A stretch of DNA of 64,000 nucleotides, from positions 20,399-84,398 of the forward strand of contig SHUM01000006.1 in NCBI GenBank assembly GCA_009691245.1, read 5' to 3'. Shown one piece after another: positions 18,866 through 27,875 of this stretch (positions are counted from its first letter, which is position 1; every line of letters begins with the position of its first letter). The DNA is from Acidobacteriota bacterium. Lineage in GTDB: Bacteria > Acidobacteriota > Terriglobia > 2-12-FULL-54-10. The notes below the pieces were generated by a model. The model worked only from the letters and a program-made list of their open reading frames with translations. It did no database searches and was not told the origin of the DNA. A program made the position numbers and the translations under genes.

Positions 18866-20689
18866 CTATTCGATCGTGAAATCGGCCGCGGGCGAAATGG
18901 ACTGGTTGGTGTTGGTGTCGGTTACCGTTACTTTGAGTTTGTATTTGCCAGGCTCGAGCGATGTGAGCGGCATGAGTTTTTCGATGTTTACCTGACTGGG
19001 TGAGGAGTTGGGCAGGTCGGCGGCGTTCTCCGTGGATTCAAAGACCGCCTTGTCGCCCTTCAGCAATTGATACTTGATGGTTGCCGCGGGGCGCGCGCCG
19101 CTGATGTCCGGCTTGATGTTATAGACCTGCATGTAGACGCCCAGACGTTGCTCACGCTTGAATGTCTCGCCCACCGCCGGACGGACTTTGGAATCACCGA
19201 TCACGAACTGGCCGATGCCGATGCGCTTGGTGGGCACTTTCTCCAGTTGATCCGCGAGGATCAACGAGCTGACCGAGAACTCGTCTTCCTTGAACAAGGG
19301 AACTTCCAGCCGCATCTCCAATGTGCCGAGGTTGCCGCTGTTCACGTCCTTCAGCGCCAGGCTCAGGCGATAGAGGCCCGGGCGCAACGGGATGGACTTC
19401 CAGTAGATGGACTTCTTTTCGAGCGACTGTTCGAGCAATGATTCCGGGATGTCCAGCGCGATGGTGTCTTCAAATGTCTGGACTACACGGCGCGTCAGCG
19501 TGGTGATGCGCCCGAAGATGTTCACCACGGCCTTCTGCACGCCGGTGGAGTTATTGAACGCCAGGTCCTTGTTGAGCAGACCAATCGTGAACGCCGAGAG
19601 CACCGAACTATCGGTGATCTTCACGAAGTCGGTGCGCACCTGAAACGGCAGCACGTTGAAGCGGATGTTGGTCGAGATGGCCTCTTCCAAATCCTTGAAC
19701 TTGATCGCCGGAGGCCTGTTGATATTGGCCATCAGCGCCAGACGATCAAACTGTCCGCCGTAGCGCGTCGAGGTCGCGTAGCCCGCGCCGGGGCTGGAGT
19801 CAATCATGCGCTTGGGCATGCGCGTGCCGTCGGTGCGCGTGAAGCGGTCCACCTTCGACGACAGGCCCATCTCTTCCATCTGCGACAGGCCGGCACCGGG
19901 CACGTAGAGTAGCGCGTCCTTCTCCGCCGGGTCGATGGTGAAACGATACTCGCCAGTCATGGTTGGATCGACGTACTCAAGCTCCACGTTCTGGCCGATG
20001 CCTTCGATGTAGCGATAGCGCCAGACTTCAAACGGGAACGTGGAAGTTGATCCGCCGCCTTCTTCCATAGGCCTTTCGTAGTGCCCGCCGGAAGGATGCG
20101 CTTCCACTTCGTCCGGTGGTCCGTACATGATGTACATGCGCCCGCGATCACTCTTCCAGCCGGGGATGCCGCTGGCGTAATGCTGATTGGCGTAGGCGAT
20201 GCGCCGGTAATGCTCTTCCTTGTAATCGTTGGTGAGTGCCTCGGGATCGGGGCTGCGGCGCAGCCAGAACTGCTCGATGAACTGCTCGCGCTCCTCGTCA
20301 TTGGCCAGGGTCAGGAAGACCTTGCGCTCTTCGTCGGTGATGATGTAGCCGACGTCTTCGTTGAGCCACTTCTTGAAGGCCGAGGCCAATTCTTTTTCAA
20401 GCGACTCGCGGGCGCGCTGGCGATCCTTGTCGCTCATGCCCTTGGCTTCGCTCTGTCCGACCAGGTCCTTGGCCTCGCCCTGCTTCTCTTGAGCATGCAG
20501 CGGAGCCAATAAATACTGGCCTCCCAGGAACATCGCCCAGCCAATCAGCATGGCGATTCGCGCAGTCGATAACAGCCACCGCGTCGAGCTGCGCTGCGAG
20601 TTGTCCCGACGGCTTTCAGGGGCCTCCCGTTTGGTCTGTTGAAAATAGGACTGCATAGTTCGACCCGCTTTCCTGAATCCCGTGCTCAA
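18866..20689 (-). CDS. GWxTD domain-containing protein
   Basis: GIPGWKSDRGRMYIMYGPPDEV matches the GWxTD signature. The stop lies 27 nt upstream of the next gene, so the two are probably one operon. Confidence 0.75.
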   Translation of the reverse strand: MSTGFRKAGRTMQSYFQQTKREAPESRRDNSQRSSTRWLLSTARIAMLIGWAMFLGGQYLLAPLHAQEKQGEAKDLVGQSEAKGMSDKDRQRARESLEKELASAFKKWLNEDVGYIITDEERKVFLTLANDEEREQFIEQFWLRRSPDPEALTNDYKEEHYRRIAYANQHYASGIPGWKSDRGRMYIMYGPPDEVEAHPSGGHYERPMEEGGGSTSTFPFEVWRYRYIEGIGQNVELEYVDPTMTGEYRFTIDPAEKDALLYVPGAGLSQMEEMGLSSKVDRFTRTDGTRMPKRMIDSSPGAGYATSTRYGGQFDRLALMANINRPPAIKFKDLEEAISTNIRFNVLPFQVRTDFVKITDSSVLSAFTIGLLNKDLAFNNSTGVQKAVVNIFGRITTLTRRVVQTFEDTIALDIPESLLEQSLEKKSIYWKSIPLRPGLYRLSLALKDVNSGNLGTLEMRLEVPLFKEDEFSVSSLILADQLEKVPTKRIGIGQFVIGDSKVRPAVGETFKREQRLGVYMQVYNIKPDISGARPAATIKYQLLKGDKAVFESTENAADLPNSSPSQVNIEKLMPLTSLEPGKYKLKVTVTDTNTNQSISPAADFTIE

Positions 20690-20928
20690 ACTTAGTGTTA
20701 TTGTAGGTCTCGCTCCCCGTCCAAGTCAAGCAAAACGTCATGCTGATCGTCATGCCAAAGGGGCGCCAACAAAAGATTAAAATCATTCTGGTTAGCTGAA
20801 ATTTGGACACAGAAAACCGCCCTTCCCGTAGGGGCTGGCACCGCACAGTTGGACATCATCCAGCCACGCGGGGTTGCCCGCGAAAATCCATGGTGCTCGG
20901 ATTGCTTCGTTTCCGCACTCCCGCAAGA

Positions 20929-20983
20929 TACTAAACCCGTCATACTAAACCCGTCGTCATCCTGAGCGTAGCGAAGGACCTGC
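20929..20983. repeat. Tandem ATACTAAACCCGTC x2 followed by a GTCATCCTGAGCGTAGCGAAGGACCTGC dispersed-repeat half-site
   Basis: Read directly: 20929-20942 and 20943-20956 are identical 14-mers. The following 28-mer resembles the arm of the 37218-37302 palindrome (CATTCCGAGCGCAGCGAGGAATCT). Confidence 0.6.
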
Positions 20984-21181
20984 TTTTTTATCTCGGGGGG
21001 ACGCGCTGGGGAAAGCAGACCCTCCGCCCACCTCGCGCTCCGAATCGCCCGCCGATGATCACCCGCGAGTTGCCCCAGGATTCTCCCGTGACAACTTTTC
21101 CAAATTTTCCAGTAGCTTTCACGCCTAATCCAGGCCCCCTCACATGACCATCCATCCCGCAGATGCCCGCAGGGCATCACC

Positions 21182-21210
21182 GTGAATAGCCGTAGGTGCC
21201 AACCTACGGA
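21182..21210. repeat. REP-like hairpin GTGAATAGCCGTAGGTGCCAACCTACGGA (copy 1)
   Basis: CCGTAGGT (21190-21197) pairs with ACCTACGG (21202-21209). A near-identical copy lies at 39203-39230, and an inverted GCGGCTATTCAC at about 21345-21356. Confidence 0.7.
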
Positions 21211-21460
21211 CTACCGCGTCCCCAACCGAAACAACCCCGGAGGGGTTGACCATTCAAATTGCCAGACGATGCTTGCATGTGGGGAAACCGTGGCCCCTCC
21301 AGGGCCGAATTTGATATGGGGATTCGTCCCGGAGGTTTCACTTGCGGCTATTCACAGTCCTGCCCTCCGGGCAGGCTGGCAATCGGGGCCGTCTCATGGA
21401 AGCCGAGATGTTCCCGAATCACGATAATCTTCATAATCAATGCCAGTGTTTCGTGGCGGT

Positions 21461-21533
21461 CCTCCGTGTACCTCTGCGTCCTCTGCGGTTAGGAAAGATG
21501 TTTAACCGCAGAGGACGCAGAGGTACACGGAGG
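21461..21533. repeat. Perfect 31-bp-stem palindrome (possible bidirectional terminator or REP) downstream of uvrC
   Basis: CCTCCGTGTACCTCTGCGTCCTCTGCGGTTA (21461-21491) is the exact reverse complement of 21503-21533, with an 11-nt loop. Confidence 0.85.
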
Positions 21534-21607
21534 AAACACCACGATAGGACACCGCCCAATAGCCGCGACTGTATCCATTCGTTTCGCGCGGCACTTTCGT
21601 GCGCCGA

Positions 21608-23458
21608 CTAATTAGCCTGGCTGGCAAGAGCGTGGCACAGCGCGGCGGACTGCGCCTTTGTCAGCACCTGCTCTAAATCTTCCGGCGTGGCGCGGCGCAG
21701 ATTCTCGATGCTACCGAAATGTTCCAGGAGTTTGCGGGCTGTTGCCGGGCCGATGCCGGGGATGTCGAGCAACTCGCTGCGCAACTGCCGTGAGTCGCGG
21801 CGCTGGCGGTGGAACTTCACCGCGAAGCGGTGCGACTCGTCGCGTATCTGCTGGACGAGGCGCAGCACCGGCGAGTGATGATCGAGGCGCACCGGCTCAT
21901 GCTCGTGTCCCAGCACGTACAAAATTTCCTCGCGCTTGGCGATTGAAGCCAGCGGCTGGTTGATGATGCCCAACTCTTCGAGCGCGGCCGCGGCGGCGTG
22001 CAACTGTCCGATGCCGCCGTCGATCAAAACTAAACTGGGGAACGGGGTGGCGTCTTCCCGCGCAGGCTTCTGCGCGGCTTCCTCCTGCAAGCGGCGATAG
22101 CGGCGGCCCACCACTTCGCGCATCGAGGCGAAATCGTCGATGCCTGCGACGGTCTTCACGATGAACTTGCGGTACTCGCCCTTCTGCATTTTGCCGTCCG
22201 CCCACACCACCATGGACGCCACCGTGTCGGAACCTTGAATGTGCGAGATGTCGAAGCACTCGATGCGCGCGGGCGGCTCGGGCAGGTCGAGCGCCTCCTG
22301 CAATCCCTCGGCGATCATCTTCGCGGAGGGTTGCAGGATGCGGAAGCGCTGCTCGAAACTCAGTGCGGCGTTGCGCTCGGCCAGCTCCATCATGGCGCGC
22401 TTGGGCCCGCGCTGCGGCGTGTGAATCTCTACGCTGGTTTTCCTGCCCGTCTCGGCGGAACGACGCTCGCCGAGCAACTCTTCCAGCGGCTCGCGGTCTT
22501 CAAAGTCCACTGGCACGTGCAGGATGGCGGGGATGTAGCGAGCGTCGAGATAGAGCTGCTTGAGGAGCGAGGAGAAAAACTCCGGCGCATCGAAGTCGTG
22601 CTGGCTCTCCCAGAAAAATTCGCGGCGGTCGAGCACGCGCCCGTAGCGGGTGTGGAAGATGTTGACGGCCACCAGCGGGCCTTCGCGGTGATAGCCGAAG
22701 ATGTCGATCTCCTCGCCCTCCGTCGCCGCCATCTTCTGCCGGTCGGCGTGGTCCTCGACCGTGGTAAGCAGATCGCGGCACGCTGCGGCCTCCTCGAATC
22801 GCTCGTGCTCGGCGGCGTCCGCCATGCGCCGCTTCAGCATCTGTGCCAGATCGTGATTGCGCCCTTCCAGAAACAACTTCACGTCCGCCACCGCTTCCGC
22901 GTAAAGCTCGTCGGTGGTGAGTCCGGCGACGCACGGCCCCTGGCAGCGGTGAATGTGAAATTGCAAACAGGGCCGCGCGTGCGTGCGCGTCAGATCGACG
23001 GTGCAGGACGGCACCAGAAACGTGCGGTGAATAAAACTCGAAAGCCGGTGCGCCAGATTGCCGGGAAAATAAGGCCCAAAGTAGAGCGAGCCGTCCTTCT
23101 TCAACCGCCGCGTGACATATACGCGCGGATATTTCTCGGCCACGGTCAGCTTGATGTAAGGATACGTCTTGTCGTCGCGCAGCAAAATGTTGTAGCGCGG
23201 CTGAAGCTGCTTGATGAGATTGTTCTCCAGCGCCAGCGCCTCGCGCTCGTTGTCCACAATGATGGTGCTGACGCTGTCGGCCTCGCGCACCAGCGTGTCC
23301 GTCTTGGCCTCCGCCAGCCGCGCTTCCAGAAAATACGAGCGCACCCGCGCGCGCAAGTTCTTGGCCTTCCCAACATAGATCACCTCGCCCGCCGTGTTCT
23401 TAAACTGATAAACGCCGGGGCCGGTCGGAATGTTGGCTAGTTGTTCCGCAGTCATCAT
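21608..23458 (-). CDS. uvrC: Excinuclease ABC subunit C
   Basis: 616 aa. GIY-YIG N-terminus GPGVYQFKNTAGEVIYVGKAKNLRARVRSYF and a C-terminal (HhH)2 (LLDIPGIGPATARKLLEHFGS). Confidence 0.95.
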   Translation of the reverse strand: MMTAEQLANIPTGPGVYQFKNTAGEVIYVGKAKNLRARVRSYFLEARLAEAKTDTLVREADSVSTIIVDNEREALALENNLIKQLQPRYNILLRDDKTYPYIKLTVAEKYPRVYVTRRLKKDGSLYFGPYFPGNLAHRLSSFIHRTFLVPSCTVDLTRTHARPCLQFHIHRCQGPCVAGLTTDELYAEAVADVKLFLEGRNHDLAQMLKRRMADAAEHERFEEAAACRDLLTTVEDHADRQKMAATEGEEIDIFGYHREGPLVAVNIFHTRYGRVLDRREFFWESQHDFDAPEFFSSLLKQLYLDARYIPAILHVPVDFEDREPLEELLGERRSAETGRKTSVEIHTPQRGPKRAMMELAERNAALSFEQRFRILQPSAKMIAEGLQEALDLPEPPARIECFDISHIQGSDTVASMVVWADGKMQKGEYRKFIVKTVAGIDDFASMREVVGRRYRRLQEEAAQKPAREDATPFPSLVLIDGGIGQLHAAAAALEELGIINQPLASIAKREEILYVLGHEHEPVRLDHHSPVLRLVQQIRDESHRFAVKFHRQRRDSRQLRSELLDIPGIGPATARKLLEHFGSIENLRRATPEDLEQVLTKAQSAALCHALASQAN

Positions 23459-23572
23459 GGTGGTTAGTTCATGTTAGCAAATCCACAATGCCTGTTACTT
23501 GCGTTATGATTGCTGCATCTAATGGATCGCGCGCTATGGTGTGAACCGGCGCGACGAGGAGGCGGGACGGAT

Positions 23573-24028
23573 ATGAGCGGAATCATCGAGAAGATTTTTG
23601 TGGTGGCCAAGGGCGGCGACAAGATGCAGGTCGTCGAGCAGGTGGAAGCGGTGCCGGGCAAGGGCTTGCGCGGCGATCGTTATGCAGAGAAGAACGGTTA
23701 CTGGACGCATGTCGATGAGTGCGAAGTGACGCTGATCGAGGGCGAGGACATCGACGAGATCATTGCGTCAGGCATTCGCGTGCAGGACGGCGAGCATCGC
23801 CGCAACATTGTGACGCGTGGCATTCAACTCGAAGGCTTGACCGGGCAGCGCTTCCAGATTGGCGAGGCGATTCTGGAGTTCGATCGCCCGCGTCCGCCCT
23901 GTTCTTACATACAGGGATTGACCGGCCAGGAAGGTCTAACGCGCGCCTTAGGACGTCGCGGCGGCATCTGCGCCCGCGTGGTGCAGGGCGGCGCGATCAA
24001 AGTAACCGATACTATCAAAATCCTGTAA
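23573..24028 (+). CDS. MOSC domain-containing protein
   Basis: VEAVPGKGLRGDRY...RRNIVTRGI...PRPPCSYI motifs. ATG 23573 is preceded by GAGGAGG. Confidence 0.8.
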   Translation: MSGIIEKIFVVAKGGDKMQVVEQVEAVPGKGLRGDRYAEKNGYWTHVDECEVTLIEGEDIDEIIASGIRVQDGEHRRNIVTRGIQLEGLTGQRFQIGEAILEFDRPRPPCSYIQGLTGQEGLTRALGRRGGICARVVQGGAIKVTDTIKIL

Positions 24029-24039
24029 ACCCGGTCTAG

Positions 24040-24118
24040 CTACAGAGGCACGGAGACACAGAGACTTTAGGGGCGAAGCATTTACCCTTAAATACTCTGT
24101 GTCTCTGTGCCTCTGTGG
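24040..24118. repeat. CCACAGAGGCACGGAG-family palindrome (copy 1) between convergent genes
   Basis: Arms at 24040-24063 and 24095-24118 form a 24-bp stem with 2 mismatches and a 31-nt loop. Confidence 0.8.
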
Positions 24119-24119
24119 C

Positions 24120-25835
24120 TTATATGGGTGTAACTTTTCCGTTGGCGATGCGTATTTTCTGGCCGTCGAACTTAGTGAGTTCGTAGCCACTGAAACGCTC
24201 CAGATAAGTACGGCTGTAGTCACATAGTACGCTGATGGTCATCGCCTCGCCCAACCACATTCCCTGAATACCGTCCGAGCGATAATGCACGCCGCCGGCA
24301 TCGCGACCGAGTGATACGTTGTGCGCCATCTTGTTCAGCTCATTGCCGATGGTGAGTGTCGGTCCCGTGTAGGGCTCCAGCTTCGAGCCGTCCGCGCTGG
24401 GCTGCACCTGATTGGGGATGGGATAGCTCTCGTTGAAGAAGGCCTTCAAGAGCGTCGCGCCCGCTCCAGCATTGGTCGCGTGGCCGGCCGGGTAGGCCGG
24501 ATGCATGGGGCTGCCCTCGGGATAACTCATCGGCAGCAGACGCGAACCGTGCAGCGCGAAGGATCGCGCCACGGCGTCGCATTTGAGTAAGTCAGAGTGA
24601 ATGTCGAATGACTTCTTTCTGCTCAGGTGTAAGTCGAGCTTGCCGCCGAAAGCGTCGGGACGGGCGCGGCGATGCACCAGCCACTTATGGTAGTAACAAG
24701 CCTTCTGCGACGGCGTGGATATCTGACCTAGAAGAGTGACTGCTTCGCGCCCCAGAGTAACTCCTCCGGATTGAGTCTTTGACTTGAGATAGGGATTGTT
24801 TTGCGCCTGCGCCTCGTCTCCCCAGCGCTGGATGATCAGCGCGGCGTTCAGCGCGGCCTGGAAATTGAAATCGCCGTGAACCCACTCCGCCATATCGCGG
24901 TTGGTTGAGATGTAGCGCGGAGTGCTTTCAAACTCAGCGCGCGTGGCGCTGCGCATGCCGCGCTGGTTGGCCACCCACTCGGGGAACTTGGTCAGAAACG
25001 CCTGATCCTTGCGCGCCGGACGATAGCGCTGGTCGATGGTCTTTACTCCGTAAGGAATATCCATCCAGAAAAACTGGCTGATGTAAGGGCCGATCAGGTC
25101 GCCCGCCGATTCGCCGCGAAAGAGGGTGCCGGGTGTGATCTTCCCGCCCACGCGCGGCGCGAGTTTCGTGGTGAAGGCGTTCAGATCGGCGGTGGCGGCC
25201 AGCACCAGTGGGTTGCTGTCATACTCGCCGAGCGGCACATCCACCGTCAGCAAGTGCCAGAAAATCTCGGCCATCTCAAAGGCGTGCGCCGCGCTGGCGA
25301 ACGCCGGAGGAGGCGGCAGCGGCACGGATTGCGCGTCGGCTCCGACAATCTCATAGGCATATGCGGATATCGGCGAGCTCAGCTTGGCGTTGGCCTGCGC
25401 GTCGCGCGGGAACTGCTCGAAGCGCGCCGCGTCGCCACTCTGCAATATGGATAAAAATTCGTCGTAGGCCTTGGGATCGACCTCGCCCGTGTCATTATGC
25501 GGAAGCGATTTGGTGAAGTTGCCGCGCTTGTCGGGGTAACGGGTCTCATCGCCGTTGTTGGTGGAGGGAGCGCGGGTCTCGTCAAACTGCATCTGCGCGC
25601 ATTCGCTGCGAAGTTTCAACGCGGCCTGCCGCCGCTGCTCGCGCGGTGATGCGGACGCCGCCGCGGGTGCCGAGGTCGTTTGCTGCGCCTGCGCTGGAAG
25701 GCTGGCGCCCGCCGTTACCGCGGCCAGCACCGCGCCGGACTCCGCGCTCGTGCGCAGAAACTTGCGCCGCGAAACCGGTCCCGGATGGATTCCTTGCTCA
25801 ACGGACTTCTTCGAATTCTTATCAATGCGTTTCAT
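24120..25835 (-). CDS. Tat-exported vanadium-dependent haloperoxidase / PAP2-superfamily protein
   Basis: Twin-arginine signal SRRKFLRTSAESGAVLAAVTAGASLPAQA. PAP2/V-HPO motifs are KWLVHRRARP, AYPAGHATNAG and LGRDAGGVHYRSD. ATG at complement of 25833-25835 is preceded by GGAGG. Confidence 0.7.
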   Translation of the reverse strand: MKRIDKNSKKSVEQGIHPGPVSRRKFLRTSAESGAVLAAVTAGASLPAQAQQTTSAPAAASASPREQRRQAALKLRSECAQMQFDETRAPSTNNGDETRYPDKRGNFTKSLPHNDTGEVDPKAYDEFLSILQSGDAARFEQFPRDAQANAKLSSPISAYAYEIVGADAQSVPLPPPPAFASAAHAFEMAEIFWHLLTVDVPLGEYDSNPLVLAATADLNAFTTKLAPRVGGKITPGTLFRGESAGDLIGPYISQFFWMDIPYGVKTIDQRYRPARKDQAFLTKFPEWVANQRGMRSATRAEFESTPRYISTNRDMAEWVHGDFNFQAALNAALIIQRWGDEAQAQNNPYLKSKTQSGGVTLGREAVTLLGQISTPSQKACYYHKWLVHRRARPDAFGGKLDLHLSRKKSFDIHSDLLKCDAVARSFALHGSRLLPMSYPEGSPMHPAYPAGHATNAGAGATLLKAFFNESYPIPNQVQPSADGSKLEPYTGPTLTIGNELNKMAHNVSLGRDAGGVHYRSDGIQGMWLGEAMTISVLCDYSRTYLERFSGYELTKFDGQKIRIANGKVTPI

Positions 25836-25934
25836 GAGGGACCTCCGACGTTCAACCAAATCCTACCTTCGAAGAGCAGCTATCGTCAATTCGATTCCCA
25901 AAGGGCACAGGCTACCTCCGCCAACCAGCGGGAT

Positions 25935-26243
25935 TCACCGCGGCATGCTTAGATATTCGAGCAACGAGAGGCCCACGCGCAGCGCGAACTTCTCCGCGAC
26001 GGATGGAATGTCCCCGGCGGCTTCATCCATGACGATGCGCTCAACGCGGTGCATGGGATAGAAAGCGGTCGTCAGTGGCAGCACCACAGGTTGCGATTCC
26101 ATCACCTGGCGCAGCCAGTCGTCAAAGGCGTTCAGGTCAATTCCCTGCACGGTTACGCCGGCGGGAGTCAGCGTCAGCACACGCCCCCAGATTTTTTCCT
26201 TCGGCGTGTGCAGCGCCACGATAACGATGTGATCGCGTTCCAT
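25935..26243 (-). CDS. Hypothetical protein (102 aa)
   Basis: The ORF has coding-like composition and sits downstream of tyrA. I recognise no family. Confidence 0.45.
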   Translation of the reverse strand: MERDHIVIVALHTPKEKIWGRVLTLTPAGVTVQGIDLNAFDDWLRQVMESQPVVLPLTTAFYPMHRVERIVMDEAAGDIPSVAEKFALRVGLSLLEYLSMPR

Positions 26244-26275
26244 AGTTTGATCCGAATAAAATTAACGCGAATGGG

Positions 26276-26353
26276 CCACAGAGGCACGGAGGCACAGAGA
26301 AAATATCTGTGAGTTTTTCCCCTTAGCTCCTCTGTGTCTCCGTGCCTCTGTGG
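26276..26353. repeat. CCACAGAGGCACGGAG-family palindrome (copy 2) immediately after the tyrA stop
   Basis: Arms at 26276-26299 and 26330-26353 form a 24-bp stem with 1 mismatch. The arm sequence is nearly identical to copy 1. Confidence 0.8.
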
Positions 26354-27265
26354 CTAATCTGCATTTTCCGTTACCGCGCCGCTGGCAACCACCTCCGGCG
26401 ATTTCAGGCGCCGGCGCAGCTCGTTGCCTTGCTCGAACAGCGTCTCCAGTTCGCGCGAGCGCAGATTGTCGCGCAGATGCTCCAGAGCCTGCACGTAGGA
26501 GGTGATGGCGCGCTCGAGATTCTCGGCGTTGGTCAATGCGATGTCGCGCCAGACGTGATAGGAACTCTCCGCCAGCCGCGAAGTGTCGCGCAGTCCACCG
26601 GCGGAGAGCTGCAAGTCTTCTGGAAATTTCAGATTTTCGAGCACCGCCACGCCCAGCGCGGTCGAGACCATCTGCGGCAGGTGGCTGGTCCATGTGACGA
26701 TCTCGTCATGCACGTCGGCGTTCAGGATCATCACGCGCGCGCCGATTTTGTCGAGCCAGGCGACGAACTCGCGCACCAGCGGCGGATCCAGATGATGGCG
26801 GCTGAACGGCGTCAGCGCATAGCGCGCGCCGACGAACAAGTCCGCGTCGGCGTTCTCGACCCCGGTCGACTCCTTGCCCGCCATGGGATGTCCGCCGACG
26901 AACCACGGTTGCGATGGAAACAGTCCCGAGCCTTTCTCGGTGATGACCGCCTTGGTCGATCCCGCGTCGGTGATCAGCGCCGTGCTCTTCACCAGCGGTG
27001 GAAGCTGCTCCATCAATTCGAGGATGTGCAGGATGGGGCCGGAAAGATAAATGACGTCGGCGGCGGCGACGGCCTCGGCGAGATTGGACGAGCCCGCGTC
27101 AATCGCGCCCGCGCGCAACGCGCGCTCCATGGTGGCGGGACGTCCAAAGCCCATCACCTTGCCGCCGAAGCCCGCCTTCTTCAGCGCGAGGCCGAGCGAG
27201 CCGCCGATGAGGCCCACGCCGCAGATGGTGATCTGTTGGATGTGGCCGCCGGAGTTAGCTGTCAT
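26354..27265 (-). CDS. tyrA: Prephenate/arogenate dehydrogenase
   Basis: Rossmann N-terminus ITICGVGLIGGSLGLALKKAGF and a prephenate dehydrogenase core (GGHPMAGKE). Confidence 0.9.
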   Translation of the reverse strand: MTANSGGHIQQITICGVGLIGGSLGLALKKAGFGGKVMGFGRPATMERALRAGAIDAGSSNLAEAVAAADVIYLSGPILHILELMEQLPPLVKSTALITDAGSTKAVITEKGSGLFPSQPWFVGGHPMAGKESTGVENADADLFVGARYALTPFSRHHLDPPLVREFVAWLDKIGARVMILNADVHDEIVTWTSHLPQMVSTALGVAVLENLKFPEDLQLSAGGLRDTSRLAESSYHVWRDIALTNAENLERAITSYVQALEHLRDNLRSRELETLFEQGNELRRRLKSPEVVASGAVTENAD

Positions 27266-27332
27266 ATCGTTTGGATTTGCTCAGTCGTTTGGATGAGTTC
27301 AAGCAGGGGTCGCGCGGCGTTTCCCGTGGCCA

Positions 27333-27635
27333 CTAGGGTTTCTTCCCTACCGCTTTGCGCGTGGTTTTCTTCTCGAATAAATCCTGCTCCAAAGCGCGGC
27401 TCTCTTCGATAATGTGCTGGAACATGCGCTGCAGCGCGCCGTTTTCGAGCGGCCCCTGATTGCCGCCGACGATGTTCTCAAACACCTCGCGCTCGCGCCG
27501 TGGATCGAGAACGGCCAGCCCACCTTGCTTCTTGATCCTGGCAATCTCCAGCACCACGCGCGCCCGCTCATTCAGCAGGCGCACCAACTCGCGGTCCACG
27601 TCGTCAATTTTCTTGCGCCAGTCTGTGATGTCCAT
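27333..27635 (-). CDS. Chorismate mutase (AroQ class)
   Basis: MDITDWRKKIDDVDRELVRLLNERARVVLEIARIKKQ...VLDPRREREV. The start is ATG at complement of 27633-27635. Confidence 0.9.
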   Translation of the reverse strand: MDITDWRKKIDDVDRELVRLLNERARVVLEIARIKKQGGLAVLDPRREREVFENIVGGNQGPLENGALQRMFQHIIEESRALEQDLFEKKTTRKAVGKKP

Positions 27636-27875
27636 AAGCGATTCCGAGGTCCACGTGTACGCCGTACAGAATAGCTTCCCGTGCGAAGAGCGAATTTTTA
27701 TTATGCCACATTCGCGCAGTGCCACACGCGTAGAAGTGGTAATGGACCGCTTGGGGGTCTGATCGCGAATCCAGTCGGGCAGTGCCCCACCTCATCCTCG
27801 CTACTCCGTGGCTAGCAACGGTCCAAAAAGAGTTGTGATCAAGAGATACAGGAACTGTTTTGCCGTGCTGACGGG

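Noticed and set aside
20836-20851. A TGGCAC box that might be a sigma54 promoter for the nearby NtrC-type regulator.
   Set aside because: The downstream element is AGTTG rather than TTGC at the correct spacing. It also points rightward into the repeat desert, away from any gene.
20698-21492. ORFs 20698-21180(-), 21182-21427(+) and 21259-21492(+) in the uvrC/GWxTD spacer.
   Set aside because: Their translations are just readings of dispersed palindromic repeats (for example NSRRCQPTD from GTGAATAGCCGTAGGTGCCAACCTACGG). There is no RBS and no family resemblance.
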